32,000 nucleotides of DNA from Ureaplasma parvum serovar 3 str. ATCC 27815 (GCF_000019345.1 NC_010503.1:120001-152000), one strand, 5' to 3'; shown: positions 7,734 through 22,952, numbered from the stretch's first letter. Numbers and translations are program-made. The notes: generated by a model not told the origin, from the sequence alone.

Positions 7734-10565
7734 ATGGACAAAATTATCATTAAAGGCGCTAGAGAAAATAATTTAAAAAATATTGATCTAGAAATTCCTA
7801 AAAATAAACTAGTTGTTATTACAGGTGTTTCAGGATCAGGTAAATCATCGCTTGCTTTTGATACGATTTTTGCTGAAGGAAAACGTCGTTATTTTGAATC
7901 ACTTTCAAGTTATGCCCGCCAGTTTTTAGGTGGAAATGATAAAGCTGATGTTGAAAGTATTGAAGGTTTATCACCAACCATTGCTGTTGATCAAAAATCA
8001 ACAAATCAAAATCCAAGATCAATTGTTGGGACAATTACAGAAATCTATGATTATTTACGAGTTTTATTTGCTCGTGTTGGAACACCTTTTTGTCCAAATG
8101 GGCATGGTCAAATTAAATCACAAACTCCAAAACAAATTGCTGATTTCTTATTTAGCTTATCACCTAAAAGTAAAATACAAATTCTTGCACCAATTGAAAT
8201 TAAAAAAGGTTATAAAATTAATGATGTTTTAAATAATTTAAGAAATCAAGGTTATTTAAGAGTTTTAGTTAATAATGAAGTTTATCAATTAGATGAAAAT
8301 TTGCCTCAATTTTTAGATAACAAAAAAACAGATGTTGCAATCATTGTTGATCGTTTAATTTTAAATATTGATCACCAAACAAAAACACGAGCACTAGATG
8401 CTATTGAATTTGCTTTAAATTATAGTGGGGGAGAAATTGCATTTAAGGTTAATGATGATATTCATTACTTTACACAAAACGATGTTTGTCAAGTTTGTGG
8501 TTTTAAAATTAAAGAAATTGAACCAACATTATTTTCATTTAATTCACCAATTGGTGCTTGTGAACAGTGTAAAGGGCTAGGATATAATTATGTTCCTGAT
8601 GAGCGTAAAATGATCCCTAATCCAAATTTATCAATTAACGAAGGCGGTTTAGATTATTTTAAAAACACTGTTAATACAACTAATCTTGATTGACAACGTT
8701 TTAATTCAATTATTAAACACTATAAAATTGATAAAACTAAACCTTTAAAAGAATTAGATCGTAAAGAAATAGATTTATTACTATATGGATCAGATGAAGC
8801 AATTGAGATTGATATAACTTCTGCAAATAATAAAAAGTATTCATCAATAGATTATGTTGAGGGGGTTTTAGAATTAGTTAATCGTCGTTATCAAGAGACA
8901 TCAAGTGAATTAGCCCGTGAACATTACAATAAATACATGAGTGAAAAAGTTTGTAAATCATGTAAAGGCAAAAAACTATCTTCACAAGCTTTATCGGTTT
9001 TAATTAATAAAATTAACATTATTGATTTTATTGAAAAAAACATTGATGAGGCGATTGATTTTTTATTACACTTAGATTTGAATGAAGCACAAACAAAAAT
9101 TGCCAATCCAATTTTAAAAGAAGTTTTAGATCGTTTAGGATTTTTAAAAAATGTTGGTTTAGAATATTTAACTTTAGCTCGTCCTGCATCAAGTTTATCA
9201 GGGGGCGAAGCACAACGGATTCGTTTAGCCACTCAAATCGGCTCTAAACTAACAGGTATTTTATATGTACTTGATGAACCATCAATTGGTTTGCATCAAC
9301 GCGATAACGATAAATTAATTAATACATTAAAAGAAATGCGTGATTTAGGTAATACAGTTATAGTTGTTGAACATGATGAAGAAACAATGCTAGCAGCTGA
9401 TTATTTAATAGATATTGGTCCTCAAGCTGGAGTTAATGGTGGTTATGTAATAGCAGCTGGAACACCACAAGAAGTAATGCAAAATCCTAATTCACTAACA
9501 GGACAATATTTATCAAAACAAAAAGATATTTTAGTTCCTAAAACACGAAGAAGTGGTAATGGTCATAAAGTTATTTTAAAAGGTGCAAAACATAATAATT
9601 TAAAAAATGTTGATTTAACAATTCCTTTAGGTAAATTCATTTGTGTTACTGGAGTTTCAGGATCTGGTAAATCATCACTAATTTTAGAAACATTAGTTAA
9701 AGCTATTGAATACACTAATTTTAATCCTTTTGTAATTCCAGGCGAGTATAAAGATTTAATTGGCGCATCGAATGTTGATAAAATCGTTGTCGTTAATCAA
9801 GATGCAATTGGTAGAACTACGAGATCAAATCCAGCTACTTATGTTGGGGTATTTGATGATATTAGAACAGTATTTGAAAATACAATTGAAGCTAAAGCAC
9901 GTGGCTATAGTAAAAGTCGTTTTTCTTTTAATATTAAAGGAGGCCGTTGTGAACGTTGTTGGGGGGATGGTACGATTCGCATTGAGATGCACTTTTTACC
10001 AGATGTTTATATAAGTTGTGAAGAATGTCATGGAAAACGTTATAACGATGAAACACTTCAAGTTAAATTTAAAGGTAAATCAATTTATGATGTACTAAAA
10101 ATGCCAATCGATGAAGCTTTAGTATTTTTTGAAAATTATCCTGGTATTCATCGTAAACTACAATTATTAGTTGATGTTGGTTTAGGATATTTAGAGTTAG
10201 GAGCCTCTTCAACTTCATTATCAGGGGGCGAAGCACAACGTATTAAGTTAGCTAAGTTTTTACAACGTAAGCCAACAGGAAAAACATTATTTGTTTTAGA
10301 TGAACCAACAACAGGACTGCATATTGATGATGTAGCTAAATTAATTAAAATTTTAGATAAAATTGTTGATGGAGGAGACACTGTTTTAGTTATAGAACAC
10401 AATCTTGATTTAATTAAGGTTGCAGATTATATTATTGATATTGGCCCTGAAGGTGGTAATAAAGGTGGTAAAATTATAGCTACTGGTACTCCAGAGCAAT
10501 TACTAAGTAAAAAGGACATATCTTATACTGCTCAATATTTAGAAAAGTATTTAAAAAAGAACTAA
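7734..10565 (+). CDS. uvrA: Excinuclease ABC subunit A
   Basis: [66 protein letters not shown]; two ATPase domains, CxxC zinc motifs, LSGGEAQR twice. The track split at 8693 is an in-frame UGA (TTNLD-W-QRF). Confidence 0.98.
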
Positions 10566-10569
10566 ATTT

Positions 10570-12234
10570 ATGAAACATAAGACAAAAAAAATAACGCTTT
10601 TAATAGCAGGAATTACTTTAACTTCATTATGTACAATTTTTGCTATTACAGCTTGTAGTAAGCAAAAATCACAACCAAATCCAAAAATAAAACCCAATAA
10701 AATTATTGAGAAAATTGATCAAGCATTTTTTAATGAATTTAAAACAAAAATTGAACAAAAACGCACACTTCCAAATATTAAAATCACTTCAACCTTTAAA
10801 ATTCCTTTTGAGAAAAACGAAAACACTTTAAAATCCCCACTTTTTAAAATTGGTGAGAAATCGGTTTTTGATTTAAAACAAAATGAAATTCCAATAACAT
10901 GAGTTCAAGATTTAAAAGATTATTTTTTATCGCAAAAAACCATTTTAACTTATTATTCATTAGCAAATTTAAAACTAACAGGCAATGATGCTAAAGATGC
11001 ATATTTTTTAGAATTTATTCAATATATTCAAAATATGCAACAAAAAGGAATTATATCAGAAGATTTTTATCAACAATTATGATATTTAATTAGTGAAATT
11101 AGTGACTATGATATGCAAAATGGTATTTTACGTTCAGTATATCGTATCGCTAATCCTAAACTTGCAATCAAGGATTTTTACCTTGATGGTTCGCTTTATG
11201 GATTTAAAAAAGAAAAAAGTAAATACATGAATTTTACAAGTTTGTTTCAATGACCGAATGCAGAAGAAAAAGCAACTTTTGATGTTGTTTTTAAAAATAA
11301 AAACAGCGCTCAGTCTTATACAAAAAAGATTGAACTGATTTATTCTAAAGAAAAAAAATTTATTTTAGATTCATTAATTAATTATAGTGAGTTTACTCCA
11401 GGTGAATATGAATTAGTATCAATTAAAAAACATGATGATATGAATGCCAAGAATTTGATTAATCCCAACAACCCTAATATTGCAAAAATTTTTAAAATTA
11501 AAGTTTTTAAAGAAAACGAAAAATTTAAACCAATAACCTTAACGTCAATTAATCAACAAGAAGCGGATGAATATGATCGACAAAGAAATCAAATTATTCA
11601 TAAAAATAATTCAGAAATTGGGATATTAGATGATTCAAATAAAATTAAAGAGTTAGGAACTTTTTTATATTTTAAAAAACCTTTATCTGAAATTACAATC
11701 AACGATTTTGATCGTTATTTTAGAACTTATTTTATTTGTCCAGAGCAAGATTTTAATGATTTTAGTCGTCAATATAAAATTACTAAAATTGATAAACAAA
11801 AACAAATAATAGAACTAAGTATATTACATATTAATAATAAAACAAATGAAATTTATAGTTCACCAATTAATTTTAAGTTTTATTACAAAAAAATATATGA
11901 TATTAACAAAAACACTGATGCACGATTAGATTTAAGTTTTGATGAATCTAAAAAAGAACAAAAACAAAAACTACAAGAGTTAGTTAATAAATTAAATTTT
12001 GATAAACTTACTTATAATGATTTAAGTGAATTAGCTGTTGTGATGTTTGAGGATGTGGATTTAGAAAACACTAAAATTTATGTTGAAATGATTAAAAATA
12101 AAGATCGTTCAATTACTTTAAAAGCTTTTGTTGATAAAGCTTTTAAAAATGGAAAATTAAAGGTAAGTAATAAACCAGATATTTTAATAAAAGAGTTTAA
12201 AATAAACTATTTTATGCCTAATTACTTTAAATAA
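10570..12234 (+). CDS. Membrane lipoprotein of unknown function
   Basis: N-terminus MKHKTKKITLLIAGITLTSLCTIFAITACSKQ with lipobox ITAC; 554 aa with UGA=Trp bridging the two track ORFs. Confidence 0.85.
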
Positions 12235-12299
12235 TAATAATTACTTAATGGTATAATAGTATGATTAAAAATCAAAAAACAAGAAATGATGGTATAAAA

Positions 12300-12881
12300 A
12301 TGAAAGATATTGATCCAAGAATAAAAGAGGTTTTGATCACTGAAGAACAAATTGATCAAAAAATCACTGAAGCAGCTAATTGAATCAATAAGGAATATGA
12401 AGGTAAAGAACCAATTATAATTGGTATTTTAAAAGGATGCATTCCATTTATTGGCAAATTATTACCAAAAATTAAAATTGACATGAAACTAGATTTTTTA
12501 GCAATTAGTAGTTTTAAGGGAGCAACTAGTGCTCAAACAGAACCAGAAATTATTACTGATCTTAAATTTGAAGTTAAAGATCGTGATCTAATTTTAGTAG
12601 AAGATATTGTTGATACAGGACGCACAATTAAAAAGGTTTATGATTTACTTAAAATTCGAGGCGCTCGTTCAATTAAATTAGTTACCTTGGTTGATAAAAA
12701 AGACGGCCGATTAGTAGATTTACAAGCCGATTTTGTATGTTGTGATATTCCATTAGTCTTTATTGTTGGTTTTGGTTTAGATTATAAAGAAATTATGCGT
12801 AATTTACCATATATTGGTGTTTTAAAAGAAGAAGTTTATCAAAATGATTTAAATAATAAAAACGAAGGGGATGGAGAGTAA
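12300..12881 (+). CDS. hpt: Hypoxanthine phosphoribosyltransferase
   Basis: MKDIDPRIKEVLITEEQIDQKI...EPIIIGILKGCIPFIGKLLPKI...LILVEDIVDTGRTIKKVYDLL (PRPP motif). In-frame UGA in AANWINKEYEG. Alternative ATG at 12261. Confidence 0.93.
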
Positions 12882-12885
12882 TTAG

Positions 12886-15051
12886 ATGTATTTTTTAAAA
12901 AAAATAGTAAATTTATTTAGTTCAAAAATTGAATCAGAAGATAATAATGTTAAAAAAGACGACTTAACTCAACCACGTAAACAATCGCCAGAAGCGCGCA
13001 AACGAAGAAATCGAAGAATTATATTTTGATTAATTATTTTATTAATTATAGGAACAATTATTGGAGTTATTATTTATTTTTCTGTTCGTAAAGAATATGA
13101 TAACGTAATTGTTAAAAGTGCTCAAACAGAAGTTGTTAATAACAAAAAAGTTTTATATTTAAATACTATTAGGCCTAATAGCACTCAAATAACACGTTAT
13201 ACAATTGATGAAGATCAACTACTTACTGCACGTGTTAATATTTTAAATAATACTAATTTTCAAATAATTTCTAATGCATCAAGTTTAGGGCTGTCAAGAA
13301 TCTCATTTAATATTGTGCGTGAAGGTGTTGAAAAGTTTAAACTTGGTGAAACAAATATCTATGCACCAATTTCTGGGAATACTAATAATCAATGAAATTG
13401 GTTAACATCTATTATTACTCAAAATGCAGGAATTCCATCTTCTGGCTTTAATCCACAAGTTATTATTTCTCCATTAATTTCAATTATTTTCTTCATAATT
13501 TTCTTATACATTATTTTACGTGTTTCTAAAGCACAAAGCGACTCTTTATTAGGAACTAATAAGGCGAATGCTAAACTAACAAAATCTGGTGTTCGCTTTA
13601 GTGATGTTGCTGGAATTGCTGAGGTTAAAGAAGAATTAATTGAAATTGTTGATTTCTTAAAAGAACCTAAAAAATATGTTGCTGCTGGTGCTAGAATCCC
13701 AAAAGGTGTAATGTTATATGGACCTCCAGGAACAGGAAAAACATTAATTGCTAAAGCTGTAGCTGGTGAAGCTAATGTTCCATTCTTTCAAACAACGGGT
13801 TCATCTTTTGAAGATACTTTTGTTGGAGTTGGTGCACGTCGTGTGAGAGAATTATTTGAAAAAGCACGTAAGAGTGCTCCCGCCATTATTTTTATTGATG
13901 AAATTGACTCAGTAGCTAAAAAACGTGGTAATTCATTAACTGCTGTACAAGACCAAACAATTAACCAATTATTATCAGAATTAGATGGTTTTGATACTTC
14001 AAGTGGTGTAATTGTTATGGCTGCGACAAATAGATTAGACACATTAGATGACGCAATTTTACGTCCTGGACGTTTTGACCGACAAATTAGTGTTAACTTA
14101 CCAGATATTTTAGAACGTGAACAAATTTTAAGAATTCACTCACGTAATAAAAACTTATCTGCGAAAGTTAGTTTAGAAGATATTGCACGTCGTACTGCTG
14201 GATTTAGTGGTGCACAATTAGAAAATGTTTTAAATGAAGCCGCATTACTATCAGTTAGAGATAAAGCAACATCAATTCATATGAATCATTTAGATGAAGC
14301 GATTGATCGTGTTATTGCAGGACCTTCACGTCCTAATAAAGTTATTTCTGAACGTGAACGTGAACAAGTTTCATACCATGAAGCTGGACATGCATTAATT
14401 GGTTTATATTCACCAGGTGCTGATGTTGTTCAGAAAATTACTATTGTTGCTCGTGGTCGAGCTGCTGGTTATACACTACAAACTCCTGAAAGAAATGAAA
14501 ATATTTTACAAAATAAAACTGAATTAATTAGTCGAGTGCGTACTGCATTAGGTGGTCGAGCTGCAGAAGAGTTAATTTATGGACCTAATGAAATTACAAC
14601 AGGTGCAGCAAATGACTTTTATAAAATTACAAACATCGTAAGAGCAATGGTAGCTTCTTTTGGAATGACAGATGTGGGTTTAACGCAATATATTGCTACT
14701 GAAGGTGTTGATAACCCTTATCGAAATAGTTATTCAGAACAAACAGCATTAGCAATTGATATTGAAATTGAAAAAATTATTCAACGTGAATATAAAATTG
14801 TTAAAGAAATGATTAATGAACATCGTGAAGAATTGGAATTAATCGTTCAAACATTATTAGAATTAGAAACAATTTTAAAGCCACAAATTGATTATATTCA
14901 CCAATACAAACAATTACCACCAGAGGTAATTGCTAATAAAAACAAACGTGAAGCTTCTCAAAAACAAGCAAATAGTAGTGTAGAAGAAGCAAAAGTTGTT
15001 GACGATGAAGAATCAATAAAAGATAAAGAAAAAGATCAAAAATCTAACTAA
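12886..15051 (+). CDS. ftsH: ATP-dependent zinc metalloprotease FtsH, about 721 aa
   Basis: [21 protein letters not shown]...; two TM segments; [22 protein letters not shown]; second region of homology; HEAGH protease motif. Confidence 0.97.
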
Positions 15052-15057
15052 ATTATT

Positions 15058-15106
15058 AAATAAAATGCTTGCTAACCTTTTTGTTTGGTTAAATAGCATT
15101 TTATTT
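15058..15106. terminator. Hairpin terminator downstream of ftsH
   Basis: AAATAAAATGCT ... TAACC ... GGTTA ... AGCATTTTATTT; 12-bp outer stem plus 5-bp inner stem. Confidence 0.6.
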
Positions 15107-15161
15107 TATTAAAATATATGTTTATATAGGTTGTTAAGCAAACTTAAAGAGGAAGAGTTAT

Positions 15162-16418
<1,257 letters not shown>

Positions 16419-16427
16419 TAAATAAAA

Positions 16428-16464
16428 TAAGAAGTTAACTTTAGTCATAAAGCTAGCTTCTTAT
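16428..16464 (+). terminator. serS terminator
   Basis: aagaagttaacttt-agtcat-aaagctagcttctt-attttt hairpin plus U-tract. Confidence 0.7.
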
Positions 16465-16590
16465 TTTTAATAAATACTGCTTGAAATTTTATACCTTTAT
16501 TGATTGATATATCATTAATTACTATATGAAATATTTATTGGTTTTTAAATCAAAATTATTATTTTAATTTAAATAATTAAAAAATAAATT

Positions 16591-16614
16591 AAACTCTAAA
16601 AAAAGAGTTTTTTC
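16591..16614. terminator. Small hairpin AAACTC/GAGTTT followed by a T-tract
   Basis: aaactctaaaaaaagagtttttt. Confidence 0.35.
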
Positions 16615-16820
16615 TTTGCTTTTACTATTAAAATTTAAGCTATTTTTCATATAAAAAAAACTTAAAAACAAAGCAAATTTTTACTTTAAAATCAAATTTA
16701 AAAAAAATAGTTGTTTTTAATAATTTTATTAGTGTTTTTTATGTTATATTTTATTTGTTTTCAATTTTGAAATATCATGAGTTTACTCATGTTTTATTTT
16801 TTTATTTATGGAGGATATAT

Positions 16821-18380
16821 ATGGAAAAAACACTCCTACATCTTAGAGATATTACAAAAATCTATGATGATGGATTTGCTGCTGTAAACAAATTTGATTT
16901 AAAAATAAAAAAAGGTGAATTTGTCACTTTATTAGGACCAAGTGGTTGTGGTAAGACAACAATGTTAAAAATTATTGCTGGATTTGAACAACCTACTAAT
17001 GGAAAAATTTTATATAATGGAATTGATATTAAGGATATGCCAATTCGACTAAGACCAACATCAACGGTGTTTCAAGACTATGCGCTATTCCCTAATATGA
17101 CTGTTAAACAAAACATAAAATATGGTTTAAAACTAATGCGTAAACCAAAAGATAATGTTGATCAAAGTATTTATTTGCAAGCTGATAAAGTTTATAATTC
17201 AGCTTCTAAAAAAGCAAATGAAAAAATTAAAGAATTAAAAAAACAAAGACGCGGGTTATTGGCTGAAATCAAAAAAATGGATCTTAAATACCAAAAGAAT
17301 AAGAACATTTTTGAAATAAAAGAAATGCGAAAAAACCAATATCTTGGCACACTTGATGAACTTTATCAAAAACAAGGTATTAATAAAAATGGAAAACCAG
17401 GTTTTTTAAATTATTTTAAAAGTTGATTTAGTCATGAAAAATTGAATTTAAACGATCCAATTGATAGAGAAATTTTTAATTTAAAAAAAGCATATAAAGA
17501 AAAAAGTGGATTAGATAAACGATATGATAAGATTACTTACAAATATAATGATCTTGATTATTGAGAATCATATTGAGCAACTTATCCACAATTAAAAAAA
17601 GAACAATTTGAAAATAAAAATATTACACGATTATTAACTAAAGAAGAAGTCGAAAAAGAAGCAAATCGTGTAATTAATTTAGTTGGTTTAAGTGCACGTA
17701 AGGATTCGTATCCAAGTGATTTATCGGGTGGTATGCAACAACGTGTTGCACTAGCACGTTCACTAGTAATACAGCCTGAAATTATTTTATTAGATGAACC
17801 ATTAAGTGCACTAGATGCAAAAGTACGTAAACAATTACAAGATGAATTAAAAAAACTACATAAAAATTTAGGAATCACCTTTATTTTAGTAACTCATGAT
17901 CAAGAAGAGGCTTTAAGTTTATCAGATAAAGTTGTGGTTATGTCAAATGGTCAAATCGAACAAGTCGGTAAACCAAGTGATATTTATGATTCACCAAATT
18001 CATTGTGAGTAGCTAATTTTATTGGTAAAACTAATATTTTTGAAGGTCATTATATTGCTAAAGGTGAAGTTGAATTTGATGGTATTACTTCTAAAACAGA
18101 TGTGATTAATGGTTTTAGCGAAAATGAAGCGTGTTATATTATGATTCGCCCAGAAGACTTTGATGTTGTTAAAAAAGACGAAGGATCAATTAATGCTAGA
18201 GTTGAATCAGTATTATATAAAGGGTTAATGTGAGATATTAAGTGTAAATATAATGACATGATTATTAGTGTTGAAGGTGTTAATAAAGTTAATGAAGGTG
18301 ATGAAATTGGTTTAGATTGAGATGACATTGATGTGCATGTAATTAAAAAGGATTATTTAAATAATGAACAAGCAATTTAA
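16821..18380 (+). CDS. potA: Spermidine/putrescine ABC transporter ATP-binding protein PotA with a long insert between Q-loop and signature
   Basis: GGAGG-like RBS then [18 protein letters not shown]...[28 protein letters not shown]...[23 protein letters not shown]...[17 protein letters not shown]...[11 protein letters not shown]. Confidence 0.93.
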
Positions 18381-19371
18381 TTTCAATTTTGCACCATCTA
18401 AATTATCAGATATTAACAAAAAAAACGAAACAGTATTTTTTTTAAAAGAAGTTAAAGTAATTAAAAAAAACAATCGTAAGCATTATAAACAAACTCTTTT
18501 TGATAAATTAAAAATGAATAAGGCACTAATATTAACAATTCCTTATTTTTTAGTAACTATTTTTTTATTGATAATACCATTGGTTAGTATTATTGTTAAA
18601 ACTTTTATTAACAATACTGATTCAACTGGTGTAACAACAAACATCATTGATAATTGGTCAGTAATTACGCCAACTATTGGAATGAAAATTTTTAATTCGT
18701 TATGAATCGCTGCAGTTGCTACAATTTTTTGTTTAATTATTGGTTATCCATTTGCGTATTTTTTAAGTATTGGTAAATCAAAATTTTTAAAAGCAATTGC
18801 AATTGCACTAATTACTTCACCAATTTGGATGAGTATGTTAGTAAAACTAATTGGTATTAAAACCTTTTTTGATGTAGTAAATGGAGAAATTAATAGTACA
18901 CATGGGCACATTTTTACTATTTTAGGTTTAGTTTATATTAATTTGCCATTAATGATTTTGCCTATTTATACATCTTTGTCAACAATGCCTAAAAACCTAG
19001 TTAATGCTAGTTATGATTTAGGAAGAGGTTTTTTTTACACCTTCTTTCATATTGTAATTCCTTACACTAAAAATGCTTTAATTTCAGGAGTTTGGATTGT
19101 TTATTTAGCAGCATTTACATCAGTTGTGGTTTCAGGTTTTTTAAATAATGATAACGCTGGAGGACTAATTGGTGGAGAAATCTTTGCTCAAGGACAAGAC
19201 GGTATTTCAAGTGGAGTTCAACTATCACGGTCATCAACAATTACTTTAGTAATTAGTTTAATTTTATTAGGGATTTATCTTATTATTGTTATTATTCCAA
19301 AAATAGTCCAATTAATTTATTACAAACGAAAAAATCTAAAAAAAGGAGTAAAGAATAATGAAGCAGATTAA
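18364..19371 (+). CDS. potB: Spermidine/putrescine ABC transporter permease PotB
   Basis: Overlaps the 3' end of potA; multiple TM segments; permease motif NLVNASYDLGRGFFYTFFHIVIPYTKNAL; 335 aa with UGA=Trp. Confidence 0.88.
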
Positions 19372-20212
19372 TTGATTGTCTTGATTGCGTAATTTTTATA
19401 TTTGAATTATTTTAGCAATCATTTATATTCCTTTAATTATCATTGTTTTATTATCATTTACCACACCTTCAATTAAAGGAAACATTACATCAGCTTTTAA
19501 CTGGAATGATGGTTCAAATTATTTAACACTAACAACCAATCAATTTACAGATGCTTTAATTAATACAATTATTATTTCAGTTATCGCTGTACCAATTTCT
19601 ACAATCATTGCAACAATAACTTGTTTTGGGGTTTGGCATGCAAAAATATTTTATAAAAAATTAATGACAGCATCATCACAAACAAACATAATGATTCCAG
19701 ACGTAATTAGTGGTATTTCATTATCTTTATTATTTGCTGCTACTTTTATTCCAATTGGTTTTAGTTTTGGATTTGGTACGATTATATTAGCACACATTTC
19801 TTCTTGCACTCCTTATGCAATTATGATTATTTATCCTAGAATGTTAAAAATGAAAAAAAATTTAATTCTTGCTAGTTATGATTTAGGTTATACAAAAATT
19901 GCAACCTTTTTTAGAATTATTTTACCTTATTTATTACCTTCAATTATTTCAGCAACAATCATTGTTTTTGCTATGTCTTTTGATGATTTTATTATTACTA
20001 AATTGGTTGGAGGTAAAGTTAATACCATTGGAACAGAAATGTATTCGATGGCTAAAGGAATTAAAGCATGAGCGGTTTGTTTTGGTGCTTTAATGGTTTT
20101 ATTAACAATTTTAATTGCTGCATTAATTAGTGCTAATAAAATTATTAAGTTAAAATTAATTAATAAACAAACTAATAAACGCAAATTAAAAATTTGAAAT
20201 AGACAGGTTTAA
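19358..20212 (+). CDS. potC: Spermidine/putrescine ABC transporter permease PotC
   Basis: MKQINWLSWLRNFYIWIILAIIYIPLIIIVLLSFTTPSIKG...; PYAIMIIYPRMLKMKKNLILASYDLGYTKIATFFRIILPYLLPSI; overlaps potB by 14 nt. Confidence 0.88.
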
Positions 20213-20215
20213 ATT

Positions 20216-22252
20216 ATGAAAATTAATAAAAAATTATTAAAAATTTTTGCTGGAATTACTAGTTTGTTAGTTTTTATACCTATAATTACAGCTTGTAGTC
20301 AAAAATCAAAACTTGTAGTTGGTAATTTTGATTCTTATATGGATCCAGATGTTGCTAATGAGCAAGCAAAACGATTTCGTAAAAATAATTTATCATATAG
20401 TTTTTATGATAATAATGAAATTTTAAGTTCATTAATTAAAGCAAAAATTTCAGATGTACAAGTTGCTTCAGCATATGAAGTAGCTAAATTAGCAAAAAAT
20501 GGATTAATTAAGAAAATTAATTGAGCAAAATTTAATTTGAAAGATGAAAATAACCAAACAATTACTTCAATTGAAGGTTTAAAAAAAATTTTCACAAAGC
20601 AAGTTTGAGCAATTTCAAATGCTTATTCATCATATTTAGGAGATTTAGATAAGGATGGTAAAAATGACCAATTATTAGAATATATGATTCCTTATTTTTA
20701 CCAAGATTTAATTTTTGCTTATCGTGGTAAAAAAATTCCTAATTTGGATGATAATAAAAAAGATGTTTATTGAAGTGATGTTTTTAAAGAATTAACACGT
20801 AATGATGGCACACCCAATCGTTTTTTATATGAACAAAAAGCTAATTTAGGATTTGGTGTAGATAAAAGAACTCCGATTACAATTGCTAAAAATAAAACAA
20901 AAATTATAGCTATTGATGATGCGAGAACAATTTATGATATTGCTAAAATTATGCAATTAGAAGGGGATAATAAAAATAACATTATTAAAATTATTAATCA
21001 TGAAATTCTAGGAATTGATAATAGTATTAGTCAAATTTTACATATTTTAAAAAATCCGAATATAAAAGAAGATATTAAAGAAGAAAATATTAAAAAATTA
21101 AAGCGTTTGCAAAAACAATTAGAAGATAGACAAAAAGAATTAAAAACGAATGTGTTCTTACCAGATAGTAGTAGTGTATCTTATATTGAAGATAAATTAA
21201 ACAATATTAGTAATATGTTTAAAAATCTACATCCTAACTCTATGTATTTAAAAGCAAATTCAAACGATGTATTAAATGATTTAGCAATGGCTAATGTTGC
21301 TGGAGCAATTGCTTATAGTGGCGATATTGCTTTTGCTGCTAATGGGGGCGAGTATACAACTGAAGCTGATTCAAATTATGCAAACATGAAGCCAACATCA
21401 GATAATTTTCATGTTGTACGACCTAAAGATACGATGAGTGTTTTAGATGGTTTTACAATTAGTAACTCAATTAATAAACAAAACGAACAAGCAGCCTATG
21501 AATATTTAAATGAATTATGTTTTGCTGGTCTTAATGAAAAAAACACAGATGGAGAATCTAAAATTTTAGACTATGGTTTGAAAATTCATCGTAATAAAAC
21601 ACCAAAAGAAATTGCTGATTACGAAAATAGTTTAGATGATCAAAATGAAGTTGGTGACGTTTTAGAAGATAGTGGATATTTGTATACGCCAATGCGTAAT
21701 TTTGATTATGTTCAATATTCGCCAACACTAAATACAATTGCTGATTATGTTTTAGATGAAAACAATGGATTTTATGGAAAAACTGGTTTTGAAAGTGATT
21801 TATTAAGACAAAAAATGGTTGAAATCTTTGAAATTGATACAAAATATAAAACAAAAAAAGAGCGCCAACGTAAACATAAATATATTTCATTATTAAATGA
21901 AATTATTAATCACATTTATAATACTTATCAAAAAGATAAAAAATTTATTTTTAATCCTACGTTAATTAATGATATATACGAACAAAAACCGATTAAAAAT
22001 TTAATATATGAGTGTTTAAATAATTTAAATATTAAAATTGAATCACATGTTTTTAATAATTATCTTTTATTAAAATTAGAAGCTATTTTTAATAACATCA
22101 ATGAAGAGGTTGAAGAACACGCTGCTTTAAACGCGACATTAAGAAAAATTTTTAATGTTCGTTTAAATATTAATACTTTAGAATTTCCCACAAATGATTT
22201 ATCAATTTCTAATTTAAAATTAGCATACCTTGCCTTCCGTGAAAAGATTTAA
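20216..22252 (+). CDS. potD: PotD-like lipoprotein, substrate-binding component, about 678 aa
   Basis: Lipobox FIPIITAC; VVGNFDSYMDPDVANEQAKRF; C-terminal MSVLDGFTISNSINKQNEQAAYEYLNELC; position after potABC. Confidence 0.7.
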
Positions 22253-22349
22253 AAATATTAATTTAAGGTTGTTAAAAGGTTCTCATTTTTCAATATAAAC
22301 GTTAGTTTATTATATAATTAATATATAAGAATTTTATAATGGGGTAGTT

Positions 22350-22952
22350 ATGAATTATAAATATAGTGCTGAAGAAAAACAAATTATTTATAACTATATT
22401 TTAAGAGAATATGGGCAAGTGGACCACATTATATTTTTATCAAATGAACATATACGTGTTCCGATTGAATATGATATTTTAGTTATTAAAAAACAAAACT
22501 TACAAATATTAATGACTTTTGGACTAGGTGCTTTTAAATCACATAATCACGAAGAAAATACGCAAGAGCGTGCTGAGATTTTTTTAGAATTACCTGTTGA
22601 TTGAGATTTTAATAAACATGAAAACATGTGACCAGTTCATTTTTTAATTAATATCGTTAAATATTCTTATTCAAATCATTTAACACTAAAATGATTACAA
22701 ACCTTCATTAATCCCTCTTATTTTAATAAATCAAATAAAATTGCTGGGTTTTTAGATTTATCTTGATATGGCGAGAATTCTTTAGAGTGTAAAATTAATA
22801 ATGATTTTTTTGTAAGTTTTTATCAAATTTTAATTATTGATGATGAAGAATTATTCTATGCAAAAACAAATGGAATTCGTGCTTTAAGTAAATTCTTTGA
22901 TGATGGTAAATCAAGAATTGTTGATTTAAATCGAAAATCATTTGTTAAATAA
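22350..22952 (+). CDS. Conserved protein resembling bacterial suppressor-of-fused (SUFU) domain proteins
   Basis: VDHIIFLSNEHIRVPIEYDILVIKKQNLQILMTFGLGAF...RAEIFLELPVDWDFNKHENMWPVHFLINIVKY (UGA=Trp). Confidence 0.5.

Noticed and set aside
8694-8936. Gap in the middle of uvrA as a possible insertion or frameshift
   Set aside because: The frame continues through UGA=Trp codons ([17 protein letters not shown]..., [24 protein letters not shown]).
7788-10500. Minus-strand and alternative-frame ORFs inside uvrA, ftsH, serS and potA
   Set aside because: They overlap strongly conserved genes and show no recognisable protein features.
12261-12299. hpt start at 12261
   Set aside because: A TATAAT at 12252-12257 would place transcription start at or after 12261, so the ATG at 12300 is preferred. 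Not certain.
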